The position numbers and the translations under genes were made by a program. Below, piece by piece: positions 1 to 10,965 of a stretch of 64,000 nucleotides of DNA (positions are counted from its first letter, which is position 1; every line of letters starts with the position of its first letter). The notes under the pieces are model-generated. The model did no database searches, was not told the DNA's origin, and saw only the letters and a list, made by a program, of their open reading frames with translations. This DNA is from an uncultured bacterium (GTDB lineage: Bacteria > Fidelibacterota > Marinisomatia > Marinisomatales > UBA1611), in assembly GCA_965660855.1 (NCBI GenBank), contig CBFIBM010000003.1, positions 1-64,000 on the forward strand. The letters run 5' to 3'.

Positions 1-306
1 AGAGACATCGAGTATATCTAGTAGCTTTCCGTCTTTGTGTAGTTCTATTGTGATGTCAGCGCCTCCGACAAGTTCTCCATTAACAAATAATTGTGGTATT
101 GTTGGCCACTCTGAATATTCACTCAAGTTTACCCTTATTTGGGGGTCTGTTAGGACATTTACATCTTTATATTCGACACCATAGTGTGAAAGTATTTGTA
201 CAACTGAGTTTGAAAACCCACACATGGGCATTTCTTTAGTTCCCTTCATAAAAAGAATTATTTTATTGTCTTTAATATCATTTATAATTTTATCTTTTAA
301 GCTCAT
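1..306 (-). CDS. grxD: Monothiol glutaredoxin Grx4 family (runs off the window edge)
   Basis: Not in the ORF track; hand translation gives MSLKDKIINDIKDNKIILFMKGTKEMPMCGFS...SEWPTIPQLFVNGELVGGADI, with CGFS, WPTIPQL and GG motifs. Confidence 0.95.
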   Translation of the reverse strand, partial: MSLKDKIINDIKDNKIILFMKGTKEMPMCGFSNSVVQILSHYGVEYKDVNVLTDPQIRVNLSEYSEWPTIPQLFVNGELVGGADITIELHKDGKLLDILDVS

Positions 307-449
307 ATAATTTGATCCTTATGTTTAATTTTTTTTTTATTTAAACAAAATAATGCATAAAGTATGTACCAAAATTAATCATAAACTATAACAACTAGTG
401 ATATATAAATTATTGACTCAATTTTATTATTGCTAGATAAGGAAAAAAT

Positions 450-1214
450 ATGAAGCTTATCTCTTGGAATGTAAATGGTATCAGAGCTGCCAAAAAGAAA
501 GGGTTTTTAGACTATTTAAATCAAGAAGAACCAGATATTTTATGCATTCAGGAATCTAAAGCTCATAAAGAACAATTAACCTCTGAGATATTAAAAGATC
601 ATGGTTACTATACTTATTGGCACTCTGGAATTAAAAAAGGATATAGTGGAGTTGCTACTTTTTGTAAAAAAAAGCCATTATATGTTCAAGAGGGACTTGG
701 TATAGAAAAATATGATATTGAAGGGAGAGTTATTGTAACAGAGCATGAAAATTTTTTATTATATAATATATATTTTCCTAATGGGCAAAAAGATGAAGTT
801 CGATTGAAATATAAATTAGATTTTTATGATGATTTATTACCGATAATAAATGAGCAGGTTGAATCAGGTAATAACGTAATTGTTACAGGTGATTGGAATA
901 CGGCTCACAAGCCAATTGATTTAGCTAGGCCAAAAGATAATATAAAAACTTCAGGTTTTATGCCAATAGAAAGAGAAAAATTAGATGTTTATATTGATAG
1001 TGGATGGGTTGATACTTTTAGACTTTTTCATAATGAACCTGGAAGATATTCTTGGTGGACCTATCGTTTTGGAGCAAGACAAAGAAATGTAGGCTGGAGA
1101 ATTGATTATTTTTTTGTTAATAAGGAGATGATAGAAATGTGTGTTGATGCGGATATACATTCTGAAATACTAGGTTCTGATCATTGTCCAGTAAGTTTAA
1201 CTCTCGATATATAA
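450..1214 (+). CDS. xth: Exodeoxyribonuclease III / AP endonuclease
   Basis: SWNVNGIRA, LCIQE, GYSGVA, GDWN, GWRIDY and SDHCP motifs. Confidence 0.95.
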   Translation: MKLISWNVNGIRAAKKKGFLDYLNQEEPDILCIQESKAHKEQLTSEILKDHGYYTYWHSGIKKGYSGVATFCKKKPLYVQEGLGIEKYDIEGRVIVTEHENFLLYNIYFPNGQKDEVRLKYKLDFYDDLLPIINEQVESGNNVIVTGDWNTAHKPIDLARPKDNIKTSGFMPIEREKLDVYIDSGWVDTFRLFHNEPGRYSWWTYRFGARQRNVGWRIDYFFVNKEMIEMCVDADIHSEILGSDHCPVSLTLDI

Positions 1215-1218
1215 TTTT

Positions 1219-2832
1219 TTGGTTTTCTATATATTAATTTTAATAACTGTTTTAAGTTATTTTTTCGGTTTTTTTAATAATATTATTGAGATTGATGCTA
1301 TGCAATATGCTTCTATGAGCAGAGAAATATTGCGTAATGAGAACTTTTTATTTTTATTTGATAATAATACACCATACCTAGATAAGCCTCCTTTAATTTT
1401 TTGGATAACGTCTATTTTCTTTAAATTTTTTGGTGCTTCTAACTTTACTTATAGGCTTCCATCATTTATATTTATTTTAATTTCAATATATTCAACTTAC
1501 AAATTATCATATCTTTTTTATTCGAGAAGAATTTCAATATTTTCTGTGTTGATACTTTCATCTTCTCTGACTTGGATAGTCATGAGTACAGATGTTAAAA
1601 CTGATATTTATATGATCTCACCAATGATGCTTGGCCTATGGCAATTGATTCAATTTCTAAAAACCAAATCAAATATGAATTTAATAATCGGTTCTATTGC
1701 AATAGGATTTTCAATGATGGGCAAAGGTCCATTAGGGTTAGTGATTCCTGTTTTTATTATATTAATTCATTTAATTCACACAAATGAATTAAATAGAATA
1801 TCTGATAAAGTTAATTTGATGGGAATTTTATTTTTATTGTTAGCGTTACTTCCAATGTCGGTTGGCTTGTATAAGCAGTTTGGCTTTAATGGAATAAAAT
1901 TTTATTATTGGACTCAGAGTTTTGGGCGAATAACTGGAGAAAGCAGCTGGTCAAATAATACAGGTCCGTTTTATCTTTTTAATGTTTTCTTATATTCTTT
2001 TTTACCATGGACATTTTTATTTTTAGAGGCATTTTATAATAAATTTAAATTGTTTATAAACTTTGATAAAAAAGACCATAGAGAATTAATATCTTTTTCA
2101 GGGTTTTTAATACCTTTATTAATTTTATCTTTATCAAATTATAAACTTCCTCATTATATATATTGTGTCATGCCTTTTGCCTCAATTTTAACAGCTCAAA
2201 GACTGGAATCATTATTATTTTCAAATAAATATAAAACAGTCTTATTTTTACAAATAGCTACTATTTCTATTTTATTAATCTTTACTAGTTTCCTTACGGT
2301 TTTAATTTTACCTAGTAAGAAAATTATGATAATATTATCTATGATCCTTTTCTTTGGGTCAGCTACTACTTTAATTTTACTAAAAGATGAATTTCATAGA
2401 TTTTTTATTTTATCTATAACAGGAACGTTTATTCTGAGTTTCATTATAAATGTGGGAATTTTAAAGCCTATATTATCATATCAAGCAGAATCTGAGGCTG
2501 CAAGATATTTAGTTAATAATTCTTATGACGGTTCTCCAATCATTCTATTCAAACAAAATAAAGGGGCAAAAAGTAGATCCTTTAACTTTTATTTAAATAC
2601 AAATACTACTTATATTAATGACTTTAAAATTTTAAATGAAAAGTGCAAGTTTAATAATACTTTTATTTTCACAAACGAGGATGGTTATAAACAAATAATT
2701 GATAACTTAGATAAAGTAAAATTATTAAAGGTTTTTGAGCATTTTAGAATAAGTAAGGTTAATTTAAAATTTCTTAACCATGCTACTCGTGAAGATGTAG
2801 TTCAAAAAAAGTATCTAATAAAGGTTGGATAA
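1219..2832 (+). CDS. ArnT/PMT-family (GT-C) membrane glycosyltransferase
   Basis: Many TM segments; YLDKPPL, KGPLG, PFY...FLPW and KLPHY motifs; TTG start. Confidence 0.85.
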   Translation: MVFYILILITVLSYFFGFFNNIIEIDAMQYASMSREILRNENFLFLFDNNTPYLDKPPLIFWITSIFFKFFGASNFTYRLPSFIFILISIYSTYKLSYLFYSRRISIFSVLILSSSLTWIVMSTDVKTDIYMISPMMLGLWQLIQFLKTKSNMNLIIGSIAIGFSMMGKGPLGLVIPVFIILIHLIHTNELNRISDKVNLMGILFLLLALLPMSVGLYKQFGFNGIKFYYWTQSFGRITGESSWSNNTGPFYLFNVFLYSFLPWTFLFLEAFYNKFKLFINFDKKDHRELISFSGFLIPLLILSLSNYKLPHYIYCVMPFASILTAQRLESLLFSNKYKTVLFLQIATISILLIFTSFLTVLILPSKKIMIILSMILFFGSATTLILLKDEFHRFFILSITGTFILSFIINVGILKPILSYQAESEAARYLVNNSYDGSPIILFKQNKGAKSRSFNFYLNTNTTYINDFKILNEKCKFNNTFIFTNEDGYKQIIDNLDKVKLLKVFEHFRISKVNLKFLNHATREDVVQKKYLIKVG

Positions 2833-2846
2833 AAAAATAAAATTTT

Positions 2847-3566
2847 ATGAAAAATGATTTCCCTTCCCTATCTGTAATAATTCCTATATATAACGAGCAA
2901 TCAACGCTTGAGGAATTAACTTATGAAGTTGCAAAATCTGAGATTGTGACAGAGATAATTTTAGTGGATGATTGCTCTATTGATAACAGTCTTAGTAAAA
3001 TTTTTGAATGTAAAGAAAAATTATTAATAAGCTTTCCAAAACTCAAAATTTTAGTTGAAAAAAATAAAAAAAATTTGGGCAAAGGGGCTACCCTTAGAAA
3101 AGGATTTGAAGTGGCTACTTCAGATGTGATAATTATTCAAGATGCTGATCTCGAATATGATCCGAAAGAATATGTAAAACTAATCAAACCAATTAAAGAT
3201 GGTAAAGCTGATGTTGTTTATGGGAGTAGATTCATTGGAGGAACGCATAGAGTTTTATATTTTTGGCATTTCATGGGGAATAAAGTATTAACGTTACTTT
3301 CAAACATGTTTTCAAATTTAAATTTGACAGATATGGAAACATGTTATAAGATGTTTAGAAGGGAAATATTAACAGATTTAAACCTTGTTTCAAATCGTTT
3401 TGGGTTTGAGCCGGAGTTTACTGCTAAAATTGCAAAAATTAATTTAAGAATTTATGAATTGCCTATTTCATATTACGGTAGGACTTATGATGAAGGAAAA
3501 AAAATAACTTGGAAAGACGGTGTCGCTGCTATTTATCATATTATCAGATTTAATTTATTCAAATAA
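2847..3566 (+). CDS. GT2 glycosyltransferase, polyprenol-phosphate glycosyltransferase-like
   Basis: SVIIPIYNE, VDDCS, GKG, QDADLEYDP, VYGSRF and DMETCYK motifs. Confidence 0.9.
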   Translation: MKNDFPSLSVIIPIYNEQSTLEELTYEVAKSEIVTEIILVDDCSIDNSLSKIFECKEKLLISFPKLKILVEKNKKNLGKGATLRKGFEVATSDVIIIQDADLEYDPKEYVKLIKPIKDGKADVVYGSRFIGGTHRVLYFWHFMGNKVLTLLSNMFSNLNLTDMETCYKMFRREILTDLNLVSNRFGFEPEFTAKIAKINLRIYELPISYYGRTYDEGKKITWKDGVAAIYHIIRFNLFK

Positions 3567-4688
3567 CAATTCTGGAATAATTTGATCAGACAAAACCATT
3601 CCATTTATCGTTAAGAATAAAAAATCATTATCAAATTTTAATAAATTAGAATATTTTTCTTTTACATCTTTTAATCTCTTTTGGAAAGTATTTGATAAGT
3701 TTGAAGGAATTAAGCGAGTATCAAATCCATTTTTCATTCTCAAACCAAAACCTAAGGCTTCATTTACTAAGTCTATCTCTGATAAATATTCTAGTTTTGA
3801 AATAGGTGTTCTACCTGACTCAACTTTCTGAATATATTGATTTAAAGATCTAACATTATTCCACCTTTTTTTTCCATCAAAACCATGAGCAGAGGGACCA
3901 AAAGCTAAATAAGGGTCTATTTTCCAGTAATGGATGTTATGTTTACATTCCATTCCATCTTTACTAAAGTTAGAAATTTCATAACCTTGATATCCACCTT
4001 CCTTTAAAATTTGATGAGTTTTTAAAAACCAATCGCTACACTCATCATCATATGGCATCATTATTCTTTTGGTTTTGACCATATCAAATAAAGCGGTTCC
4101 ATTTTCAACTGTAAGGTTGTACGCTGAAATATGATTAGGCTCTAAATCAATTATCTTATTTAAGTCTTTCTCCCACATTTCCCATGTCTGATTAGGTATA
4201 CTATAAATTAAATCACAGCTAATATTTTTATATCCGACTTGCCTTGCATTATTAAAAGTATCTAGTACTTGTTGGGCACTATGAATTCGGGTCAAAAAAG
4301 TTAATATGTCTTGATGTAATGATTGAACGCCAATTGAAAGTCTATTTATACCTAAATCTAGAAATTCTTTTAGTCGTTCTTTTGGCGCTTCTCCTGGATT
4401 TGCTTCAATAGTAAATTCTGTAACATTAGATATGTTAAATTTTTTATCCAATGCGTTAATAATTTTTTCAATATAAAAAGTATCAAGCATCGATGGCGTA
4501 CCACCTCCAAAAAAAATAGTATCAAAGATGAGATTATCGTCTCCAGTCTCATAAATTTCAATTTCTTTCACAATTGTCTTTATGAATGAAGGTATTTGGT
4601 CATCCCTATCTGCTAAAGAATAAAAGTCACAGTACATACATTTTATTGAGCAGAATGGAATATGAATATATATTCCTGCTTTTTTCAT
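3555..4688 (-). CDS. hemW: Radical SAM heme chaperone HemW
   Basis: YIHIPFC-x3-C-x2-C (CSIKCMYC), GGGTPS, EANP, YEISNF, HNIHYW. Confidence 0.9.
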   Translation of the reverse strand: MKKAGIYIHIPFCSIKCMYCDFYSLADRDDQIPSFIKTIVKEIEIYETGDDNLIFDTIFFGGGTPSMLDTFYIEKIINALDKKFNISNVTEFTIEANPGEAPKERLKEFLDLGINRLSIGVQSLHQDILTFLTRIHSAQQVLDTFNNARQVGYKNISCDLIYSIPNQTWEMWEKDLNKIIDLEPNHISAYNLTVENGTALFDMVKTKRIMMPYDDECSDWFLKTHQILKEGGYQGYEISNFSKDGMECKHNIHYWKIDPYLAFGPSAHGFDGKKRWNNVRSLNQYIQKVESGRTPISKLEYLSEIDLVNEALGFGLRMKNGFDTRLIPSNLSNTFQKRLKDVKEKYSNLLKFDNDFLFLTINGMVLSDQIIPELLFE

Positions 4689-4767
4689 AAAATAATTTAC
4701 TTTTCATTATAATTCTTTTTTTGATTTTTTTCGTGATTTGTCAAATAAGTATATAGAAATTTGAGTT

Positions 4768-5193
4768 ATGAGTATTATCATTAAAGAAGTATCTAGCTCA
4801 ATTGAAAAAGAAGAACATCTTGCAATAAGAAGATTAGTATTTGTTAAGGAACAAAATATACCTAAAACAATTGAGTTTGATGATTTATCAATAGAGACTT
4901 TTAATTTTATTGCTATATTTAATGATGAATTTGTTGGTACCGCAAGATATAGAAACACTTCTACTGGAATTAAGCTTGAAAGGTTTGCAGTATTAAAAAA
5001 ATATAGAGGAAATGGTATCGGAAAAGCGCTGATGGAATATATTTTAAAAAAAATAAAAGATGATTCAAATATATATCTTCATGCTCAAAAACCAGTAATC
5101 AACTTTTATAAAAAATTAGGTTTTAAAGAAGTTGGAAAGCCCTTTTTTGAAGCAAATATTCTTCATATGAAACTTATAAAAATTGAAAAATAA
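4768..5193 (+). CDS. GNAT N-acetyltransferase (ElaA/YjcF-like)
   Basis: IRRLVFVKEQ, YRGNGIGKALM, LHAQ, FYKKLGF. Confidence 0.9.
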   Translation: MSIIIKEVSSSIEKEEHLAIRRLVFVKEQNIPKTIEFDDLSIETFNFIAIFNDEFVGTARYRNTSTGIKLERFAVLKKYRGNGIGKALMEYILKKIKDDSNIYLHAQKPVINFYKKLGFKEVGKPFFEANILHMKLIKIEK

Positions 5194-7027
5194 AGATATA
5201 AATATTAAAAAATTATTGATATTTGTTAAGCCTGAGTGGTTTTTTATGATAATATCATTGTTTAATGGTCTACTCTATGTTGTTTTCAATACTCTCTCCA
5301 TATGGCTTACTGCATCTTTAATTAATAATGTATTAATTGATTTCGATAAATTAATCGAGAATCAACAAAAATTAGTAAATAACCCAGATCCTTCATTAAA
5401 TGATCAATTAAAACTAATGGTTAATAAAATAGTTCTTCGAGATAATAACATGGAGACTTTAAAAGTATTATGTTTAACTATTATCGTTGTTTTTATTTTC
5501 AAAAATATATTTTTATACTTTAAAAATTTATCGATGTCATATGTGCAGCTAAGGATTGTAACAAGTCTTAGAAACCGTATTTACTCGCACTTGCATTCTT
5601 TGTCATTATCTTTTTTTCATAGAAGAAAATTTGGTGATCTCTCCTCAATAATAATGAACGATGTAGGTACAGTCAGGCAAGCAATAGGTACTACCTTTCA
5701 AAAGATTATAGTAGAGCCAATAAATATTTTATTTTTCACAGTTTTCCTATTCATTATCAGCTGGGAATTAATGTTGATTGCCTTAATAATCATACCTTTG
5801 AACCAGTTATTAATTCAGGGTATTGGAGGAAGTATTAGAAGGAAAGCGAGAAGGAATACATTACAAGTTGGAGGAATATTAAGTATCATAACTGAAACTT
5901 TGTCTTCCGTAAGAATTGTAAAAGCATTTGCAATGGAAAAAGATGAAATCAAGAGGTTCAATTCAGAATCTTGGAAATATTTTAGGTTATTGTTTAGATC
6001 TGCAAAACTTAGACATCTTTCTTCTCCTATTATTGAATCTATTGGTGTATCAATGGCCGTACTTTTACTATGGGTTGGAGGATCTGACGTAATAGAGGGT
6101 GCTAGTTTGTCTTCAGAGGATTTTCTGAGGTTTATGTTTCTTTTATTTTCAATGCTGGGGCCAATTCGTTCATTAAGTAATGTTCATATCACTTTACAAA
6201 ATGGCTATGCTTCAGCTGAGAGAGTATTTGAAATTTTAAATGAAGAATCAGAGGTTGAAAATGTAGGAGATAGAAAGATTTCAGAAATAAAATCCTCCAT
6301 AGTTTTCAAAAAAGTAGATTTTGCATACGATGAAAAACATTTATTCAAATTACAGAATTTATCTTTTGAGCTACCTGTTGGAAGTACCTTTGCATTGGTT
6401 GGAGAGAGTGGCTCTGGTAAGTCAACAATTGCTGATTTGTTACCAAGATTTTATGATGTTTCATCTGGAGAAATTCAAATAGATAAAGTAAATATTAAAG
6501 AATATGATTTAGATTGTTTAAGGAAAATCATGGGTATTGTAACGCAAGAAACAATACTTTTAGATACTACGGTAAAAGAAAATATTGCATATGGTAATAC
6601 ATTACTCAATGAAGATTTAGTTATAGAGTCAGCAAAAAGTGCAAATGCTCATGATTTTATTCAAAAACTTGATGATGGCTACAATACCATAATTGGTGAA
6701 AGGGGTGTGAAATTATCAGGTGGGCAAAGACAGAGGCTTGCAATAGCAAGAGCAATATATAAAAATCCATCTTTTTTAATTCTAGATGAAGCAACGTCAG
6801 CATTGGATACAAAGTCTGAAAAATTAGTGCAAATTGCTCTTGATAATCTAATGAAGAATAGAACAGTATTAGTTATAGCTCATAGATTATCTACTATAAT
6901 TAATGCTGATAAAATTATTGTTTTAGAACAAGGTGAAATTAAAGAGATTGGCAGTCATAATGAATTGTATCAAAAAGAGGGTAATTATAAAGAATTATAT
7001 GATGCTCAATTTGAAAATAAAGATTAG
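5183..7027 (+). CDS. MsbA-like ABC exporter, fused permease and ATPase
   Basis: TM domain, Walker A GESGSGKST, LSGGQRQR, ILDEATSALD, IAHRLST; LPS gene context. Confidence 0.9.
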   Translation: MKNKDINIKKLLIFVKPEWFFMIISLFNGLLYVVFNTLSIWLTASLINNVLIDFDKLIENQQKLVNNPDPSLNDQLKLMVNKIVLRDNNMETLKVLCLTIIVVFIFKNIFLYFKNLSMSYVQLRIVTSLRNRIYSHLHSLSLSFFHRRKFGDLSSIIMNDVGTVRQAIGTTFQKIIVEPINILFFTVFLFIISWELMLIALIIIPLNQLLIQGIGGSIRRKARRNTLQVGGILSIITETLSSVRIVKAFAMEKDEIKRFNSESWKYFRLLFRSAKLRHLSSPIIESIGVSMAVLLLWVGGSDVIEGASLSSEDFLRFMFLLFSMLGPIRSLSNVHITLQNGYASAERVFEILNEESEVENVGDRKISEIKSSIVFKKVDFAYDEKHLFKLQNLSFELPVGSTFALVGESGSGKSTIADLLPRFYDVSSGEIQIDKVNIKEYDLDCLRKIMGIVTQETILLDTTVKENIAYGNTLLNEDLVIESAKSANAHDFIQKLDDGYNTIIGERGVKLSGGQRQRLAIARAIYKNPSFLILDEATSALDTKSEKLVQIALDNLMKNRTVLVIAHRLSTIINADKIIVLEQGEIKEIGSHNELYQKEGNYKELYDAQFENKD

Positions 7028-7043
7028 CAGTAAAAAATAAATT

Positions 7044-8165
7044 ATGGCAAAGACCTTTTCGATTTTATTTGATAGTTATCATTTATACCATCTACCACAA
7101 TTTGAGCCATTAATTTACCTTCTATCAAAGGATACTCGCTTCCGCATTTACCATTCAAACTCAAGAAGTATTAATAAAGAAGAATTTAATTTATGTTCCA
7201 AAGTTTTAAAAAAATTACCGGGTAATTATATACAATCAAGCTCAGAAGAAGAGAGGGCAGAATTAATTAGAAATCTAAATTTAGATGTCTTTATATGTGG
7301 TTGGTCAAGGTATGAATTACAAAAGTATGTTAAAAAAAATACACTAGTGGGCATGATTTATCATGGTATTGGAATTAAACCATCATATTGGCTCGATAAT
7401 CATGATAGAATTGATTTCCGTTTAGTTGAAGGTAGGTATAGAATTGATCAGTTAAAAAAAAATAATGTTAACATTGACTTACATTTATCAGGTTTTATAA
7501 AACTGGATCCTCTTTTTAACCCTGGAAGAATAAATGTCGATAAAATCGCAGATAGCTTTAACCTAAATCCTAAGAAGAAAACTATTTTATTTGCTCCCAC
7601 CTTCTATCCAAGCTCTATAGAATCAATTGGTATAAAACTTGCTCAATATACAAAAGATTATAATTTATTAATTAAACCGCACCTTTATTCTTATTATTTA
7701 GAGAAGTTTGGTGATATAGACTTACGTCCTCAATTAAAAATACTTCATAAATTAGCAAGCGATTTTGAACATGTAAAATTAATTAAGCCATTTCACTATA
7801 ATATTATACCATTTTACTGTATTGCTGATGTTTTATTAACAGATGCAAGTAGCACTATTTATGAGATGTTAGCTTTAGGAAAGCCTGTAATAGTAAATCG
7901 GTTCTTTAAATTGAAGCTTTCACATAAACTTTTTAGAGATAGATTATATAAAAAAAGACTAGATAGAGAGATGGAAAGTGATATTGGTAAATTTTGTTAT
8001 GAAGTAAACAAACCAAATGACCTACCAAATATAATAAATAATGCTTTAAAAAATCATGATAAAACTTTATTTATCGATGGTGGTTATCATGAAAAAATGC
8101 TTTACAAATTAGATGGTAAATCTTCAGCGAGAGCGAGAGACATAATATTGTCAAAATTAGGATAA
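7044..8165 (+). CDS. CDP-glycerol glycerophosphotransferase (TagB/TagF-like) family protein
   Basis: IYHGIGIK, GFIKLD, ILFAPTF, IKPH, ADVLLTDASS, DGKSS motifs. Confidence 0.8.
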   Translation: MAKTFSILFDSYHLYHLPQFEPLIYLLSKDTRFRIYHSNSRSINKEEFNLCSKVLKKLPGNYIQSSSEEERAELIRNLNLDVFICGWSRYELQKYVKKNTLVGMIYHGIGIKPSYWLDNHDRIDFRLVEGRYRIDQLKKNNVNIDLHLSGFIKLDPLFNPGRINVDKIADSFNLNPKKKTILFAPTFYPSSIESIGIKLAQYTKDYNLLIKPHLYSYYLEKFGDIDLRPQLKILHKLASDFEHVKLIKPFHYNIIPFYCIADVLLTDASSTIYEMLALGKPVIVNRFFKLKLSHKLFRDRLYKKRLDREMESDIGKFCYEVNKPNDLPNIINNALKNHDKTLFIDGGYHEKMLYKLDGKSSARARDIILSKLG

Positions 8166-8171
8166 TTAACT

Positions 8172-9257
8172 TTGAAAAAATTTTTATTTGAAACCCATCA
8201 CTTATACTATTGGCCAAATTTCAGACCCATTATTGATGAATTAAAAAAAGATAGTAATAATTTAATTGAAGTTTCGCAACCAATCCGAAATTCAAAAGAA
8301 GAACTTTATGCATTAAAAAAAAATTGCAAAAACTTAGAAATAGAATTCATCGAATATCAAAATGAAGATATGCGAACTCAAAATTTAAAAAGAAGAAATT
8401 ATGATGTTATAATTGTTGGTAATGTAGGGCAATTGAATGCATTGGTTCATAAGGATACGATTGCTGTAATGGTTTATCATGGTATAGGTTTAAAACAATC
8501 ATACTATAATGATATAGACGCTAGAATAGATATAAGATCTGTTGAATCGGAAAATCGATTTGAGGAGCTAAAGAATCTAGGGCATAAAAACATTTATTTA
8601 ACTGGATTTACTAAATTGGACAGATTAAAGACAATAACAAAAAGTGAAATTAATTTAATTAAAAAAGAAATAGATTTAGACTTTAATAGGAAAACAATTT
8701 TATTTGCTCCGACTTTCTATCCAACTTCTTTAGAACTTATCCTTGAAGAAGTAAGAGTACTTAGTCAAGAATATAATGTAATAGTAAAGCTTCATGCCTT
8801 TAGCTGGAGGCAAAATCGTTATAAATATCAAAGTGAAATTTATGAAAAACTTTCCAATGAAAATCAATCAATTATCCTTCTCTCAGATGACGTTTATGAT
8901 ATAATTCCATATTATAAAATTGCAGATATTCTAATTTCTGATATTTCATCTACTCTTTTTGAGTTTCTTCCTCTTGATAGACCTATAGTTCAAATCAATT
9001 ATTTTAATCTTAGATTAAAACACAAAATTTTCAATAAACGATTCTGGCGCAAATTAGACATCAAAAGATTAGAAAACATTGACTTCACCTATAAAGTAAA
9101 TCAATCAGGCGATTTATTAAGTCGAGTATTTTTTGCACTTGAAAACCCTGAAGAATTATCTGACCTTAGAAAAAAGGCTTTAATATATTATCTCTATAAA
9201 TTTGATGGAAAAGCATCTCAAAGGTTAGTAAAAGTAATTAAGGAGTTTTCAAATTAA
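8172..9257 (+). CDS. CDP-glycerol glycerophosphotransferase family protein, paralog of the upstream gene
   Basis: VYHGIGLK, GFTKLD, ILFAPTFYP, VKLH, ADILISDISS, DGKAS motifs. Confidence 0.8.
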   Translation: MKKFLFETHHLYYWPNFRPIIDELKKDSNNLIEVSQPIRNSKEELYALKKNCKNLEIEFIEYQNEDMRTQNLKRRNYDVIIVGNVGQLNALVHKDTIAVMVYHGIGLKQSYYNDIDARIDIRSVESENRFEELKNLGHKNIYLTGFTKLDRLKTITKSEINLIKKEIDLDFNRKTILFAPTFYPTSLELILEEVRVLSQEYNVIVKLHAFSWRQNRYKYQSEIYEKLSNENQSIILLSDDVYDIIPYYKIADILISDISSTLFEFLPLDRPIVQINYFNLRLKHKIFNKRFWRKLDIKRLENIDFTYKVNQSGDLLSRVFFALENPEELSDLRKKALIYYLYKFDGKASQRLVKVIKEFSN

Positions 9258-10233
9258 AATTGCTGTTTACAGTCCCAACTGGATTGGCGATGCTGTAATG
9301 GCTCTTCCTTTCATCCAAAAAATAAAGGCTTATCATCCAAAAGCTGAAATTTATATTATATGTAAAGAATGGGTTGCGGATATTTACAAGAATCATAAAG
9401 ATTTAACAAAAGTAATTCCATTATCAGATTCGGATCTTAAAGGAGTTTATAATATTACAAGTATAGGGAAAATATTAAAAAGTGAAAACTTTGATTTATC
9501 ATATACATTAACTGAATCATTTAGAAGCGCTTTAATTTTATGGTTATCTAATATTCATATTAGAATTGGATTTAATGCTCAATGGAGAAGGTACCTATTA
9601 ACAAAACCAGTGGCCCGTCCAACCAAATTGCTCCATCGCTCGGAAAAATATTTAAAATTAATTGATGAAAAATTAAATGATGAAACAATGCCAAAATTTT
9701 TTATTTCAGAAGATGAAAAAAACTGGGCAAAAATAAAAATGGAACAAATAGGATTTAAAAAGCCAACTGCAATTTTTCCATTTAGTGTTGGAGCTGGTAG
9801 AACTTTATCAGCTGAAAACATTAAAAAATGGATAAAGGGTTCATCAAAAAAATACCTTATTTTTGGATCAATTAATGATTCTAATGAAGCAAAAGCATTA
9901 ATTAGTAATTGTAATAATAATTCAGTTAAAGAAATTTGCGGAAAATTTACTCTTAGAGAATCTATTTCATTAATAGCACTTTGTGAAAGTTCAATTGCTA
10001 CAGATAGTGGTTTAGGACATATATCTGCTGCTCTGGGAATCCCAACAGTTTCTTTTTTTGGAAAGGGAAATTCGCTGGAGACGTCTCCCCTTGGGGAAAA
10101 AACTAAAGTTTTTAAGCATTGTAATCCTTGCCGGGGTAATAAATGCAGAAATAATAAAGTTGGTGTGGTATGTATAAAAAAAATTTCAAAAAAAGATGTA
10201 GAATTTGCTGTAAATCAGTTAATTGATCAGTAA
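9253..10233 (+). CDS. waaF: LPS heptosyltransferase II (GT9); start moved to ATT 9253
   Basis: DSGLGHISAALGIPTV motif; in-frame IKIAVYSPNWIGDAVM upstream of ATG 9298 matches the GT9 N-terminal P-x-W-x-GD motif. Confidence 0.8.
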   Translation: MKIAVYSPNWIGDAVMALPFIQKIKAYHPKAEIYIICKEWVADIYKNHKDLTKVIPLSDSDLKGVYNITSIGKILKSENFDLSYTLTESFRSALILWLSNIHIRIGFNAQWRRYLLTKPVARPTKLLHRSEKYLKLIDEKLNDETMPKFFISEDEKNWAKIKMEQIGFKKPTAIFPFSVGAGRTLSAENIKKWIKGSSKKYLIFGSINDSNEAKALISNCNNNSVKEICGKFTLRESISLIALCESSIATDSGLGHISAALGIPTVSFFGKGNSLETSPLGEKTKVFKHCNPCRGNKCRNNKVGVVCIKKISKKDVEFAVNQLIDQ

Positions 10234-10241
10234 TTTTTATT

Positions 10242-10955
10242 ATGAAAGCATTAATATTAGCAGCTGGTGTTTCAAGAAGACTGTACCCCCATACCTATGA
10301 TACACCTAAATGTTTGTTGAAGGTAGGCGGTAAACCAATTATCAATTATCAGCTAGAAGCTTTAGAACAAATAAATATAAAAGAAATAATTATAATAGTT
10401 GGCTATCATAGGGAGATTTTAAAAAGCCATGTTCAAGAGAGTTTTCCAAATTTAGATTTTAAGTTTATAATAAATCATCATTTTTTTGAAACAAACACGG
10501 CTTATTCTCTTTATTTAGGAAGATTTGAATTAAATACAGATATTTTATTAATGAATGCAGATGTGGTTTACACGATTGAACTTTTGGAAAAGTTATATGA
10601 TTGCAAATATGAAACTACTTTAGCAGTTGATGTGAAACGGTGTGGTGAAGAAGAAGTCAAAATTATTGATGGCGGGAATAATAAAATAGTTGCAATTGGT
10701 AAGAATTTGATTGAGTCTCAATGTCTAGGGGAATTTATTGGTGTTGCAAAACTATCAAAGAAGTTCAATTCACATTTTGCAGAATCTTTAACCAATTTAA
10801 TTAACTCAGGTGGTGAAAATGATTATTTTGAAGCATCCATTGCATTATTATTAGATAAAATAGATGTAAGGTTTGTAGATGTCTCTGAATTTCCATGTCT
10901 AGAAGTTGATTTTAAAGAAGATTTAGACTTAGCAAGAGGATTATTCAAATCTTGA
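10242..10955 (+). CDS. LicC/PntC-like nucleotidyl(cytidylyl)transferase
   Basis: MKALILAAGVSRRL...PKCLL, VGY, TNTAYSL, NAD, GEFIG, EVDFKEDL. Confidence 0.8.
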   Translation: MKALILAAGVSRRLYPHTYDTPKCLLKVGGKPIINYQLEALEQINIKEIIIIVGYHREILKSHVQESFPNLDFKFIINHHFFETNTAYSLYLGRFELNTDILLMNADVVYTIELLEKLYDCKYETTLAVDVKRCGEEEVKIIDGGNNKIVAIGKNLIESQCLGEFIGVAKLSKKFNSHFAESLTNLINSGGENDYFEASIALLLDKIDVRFVDVSEFPCLEVDFKEDLDLARGLFKS

Positions 10956-10965
10956 AATATACAAA

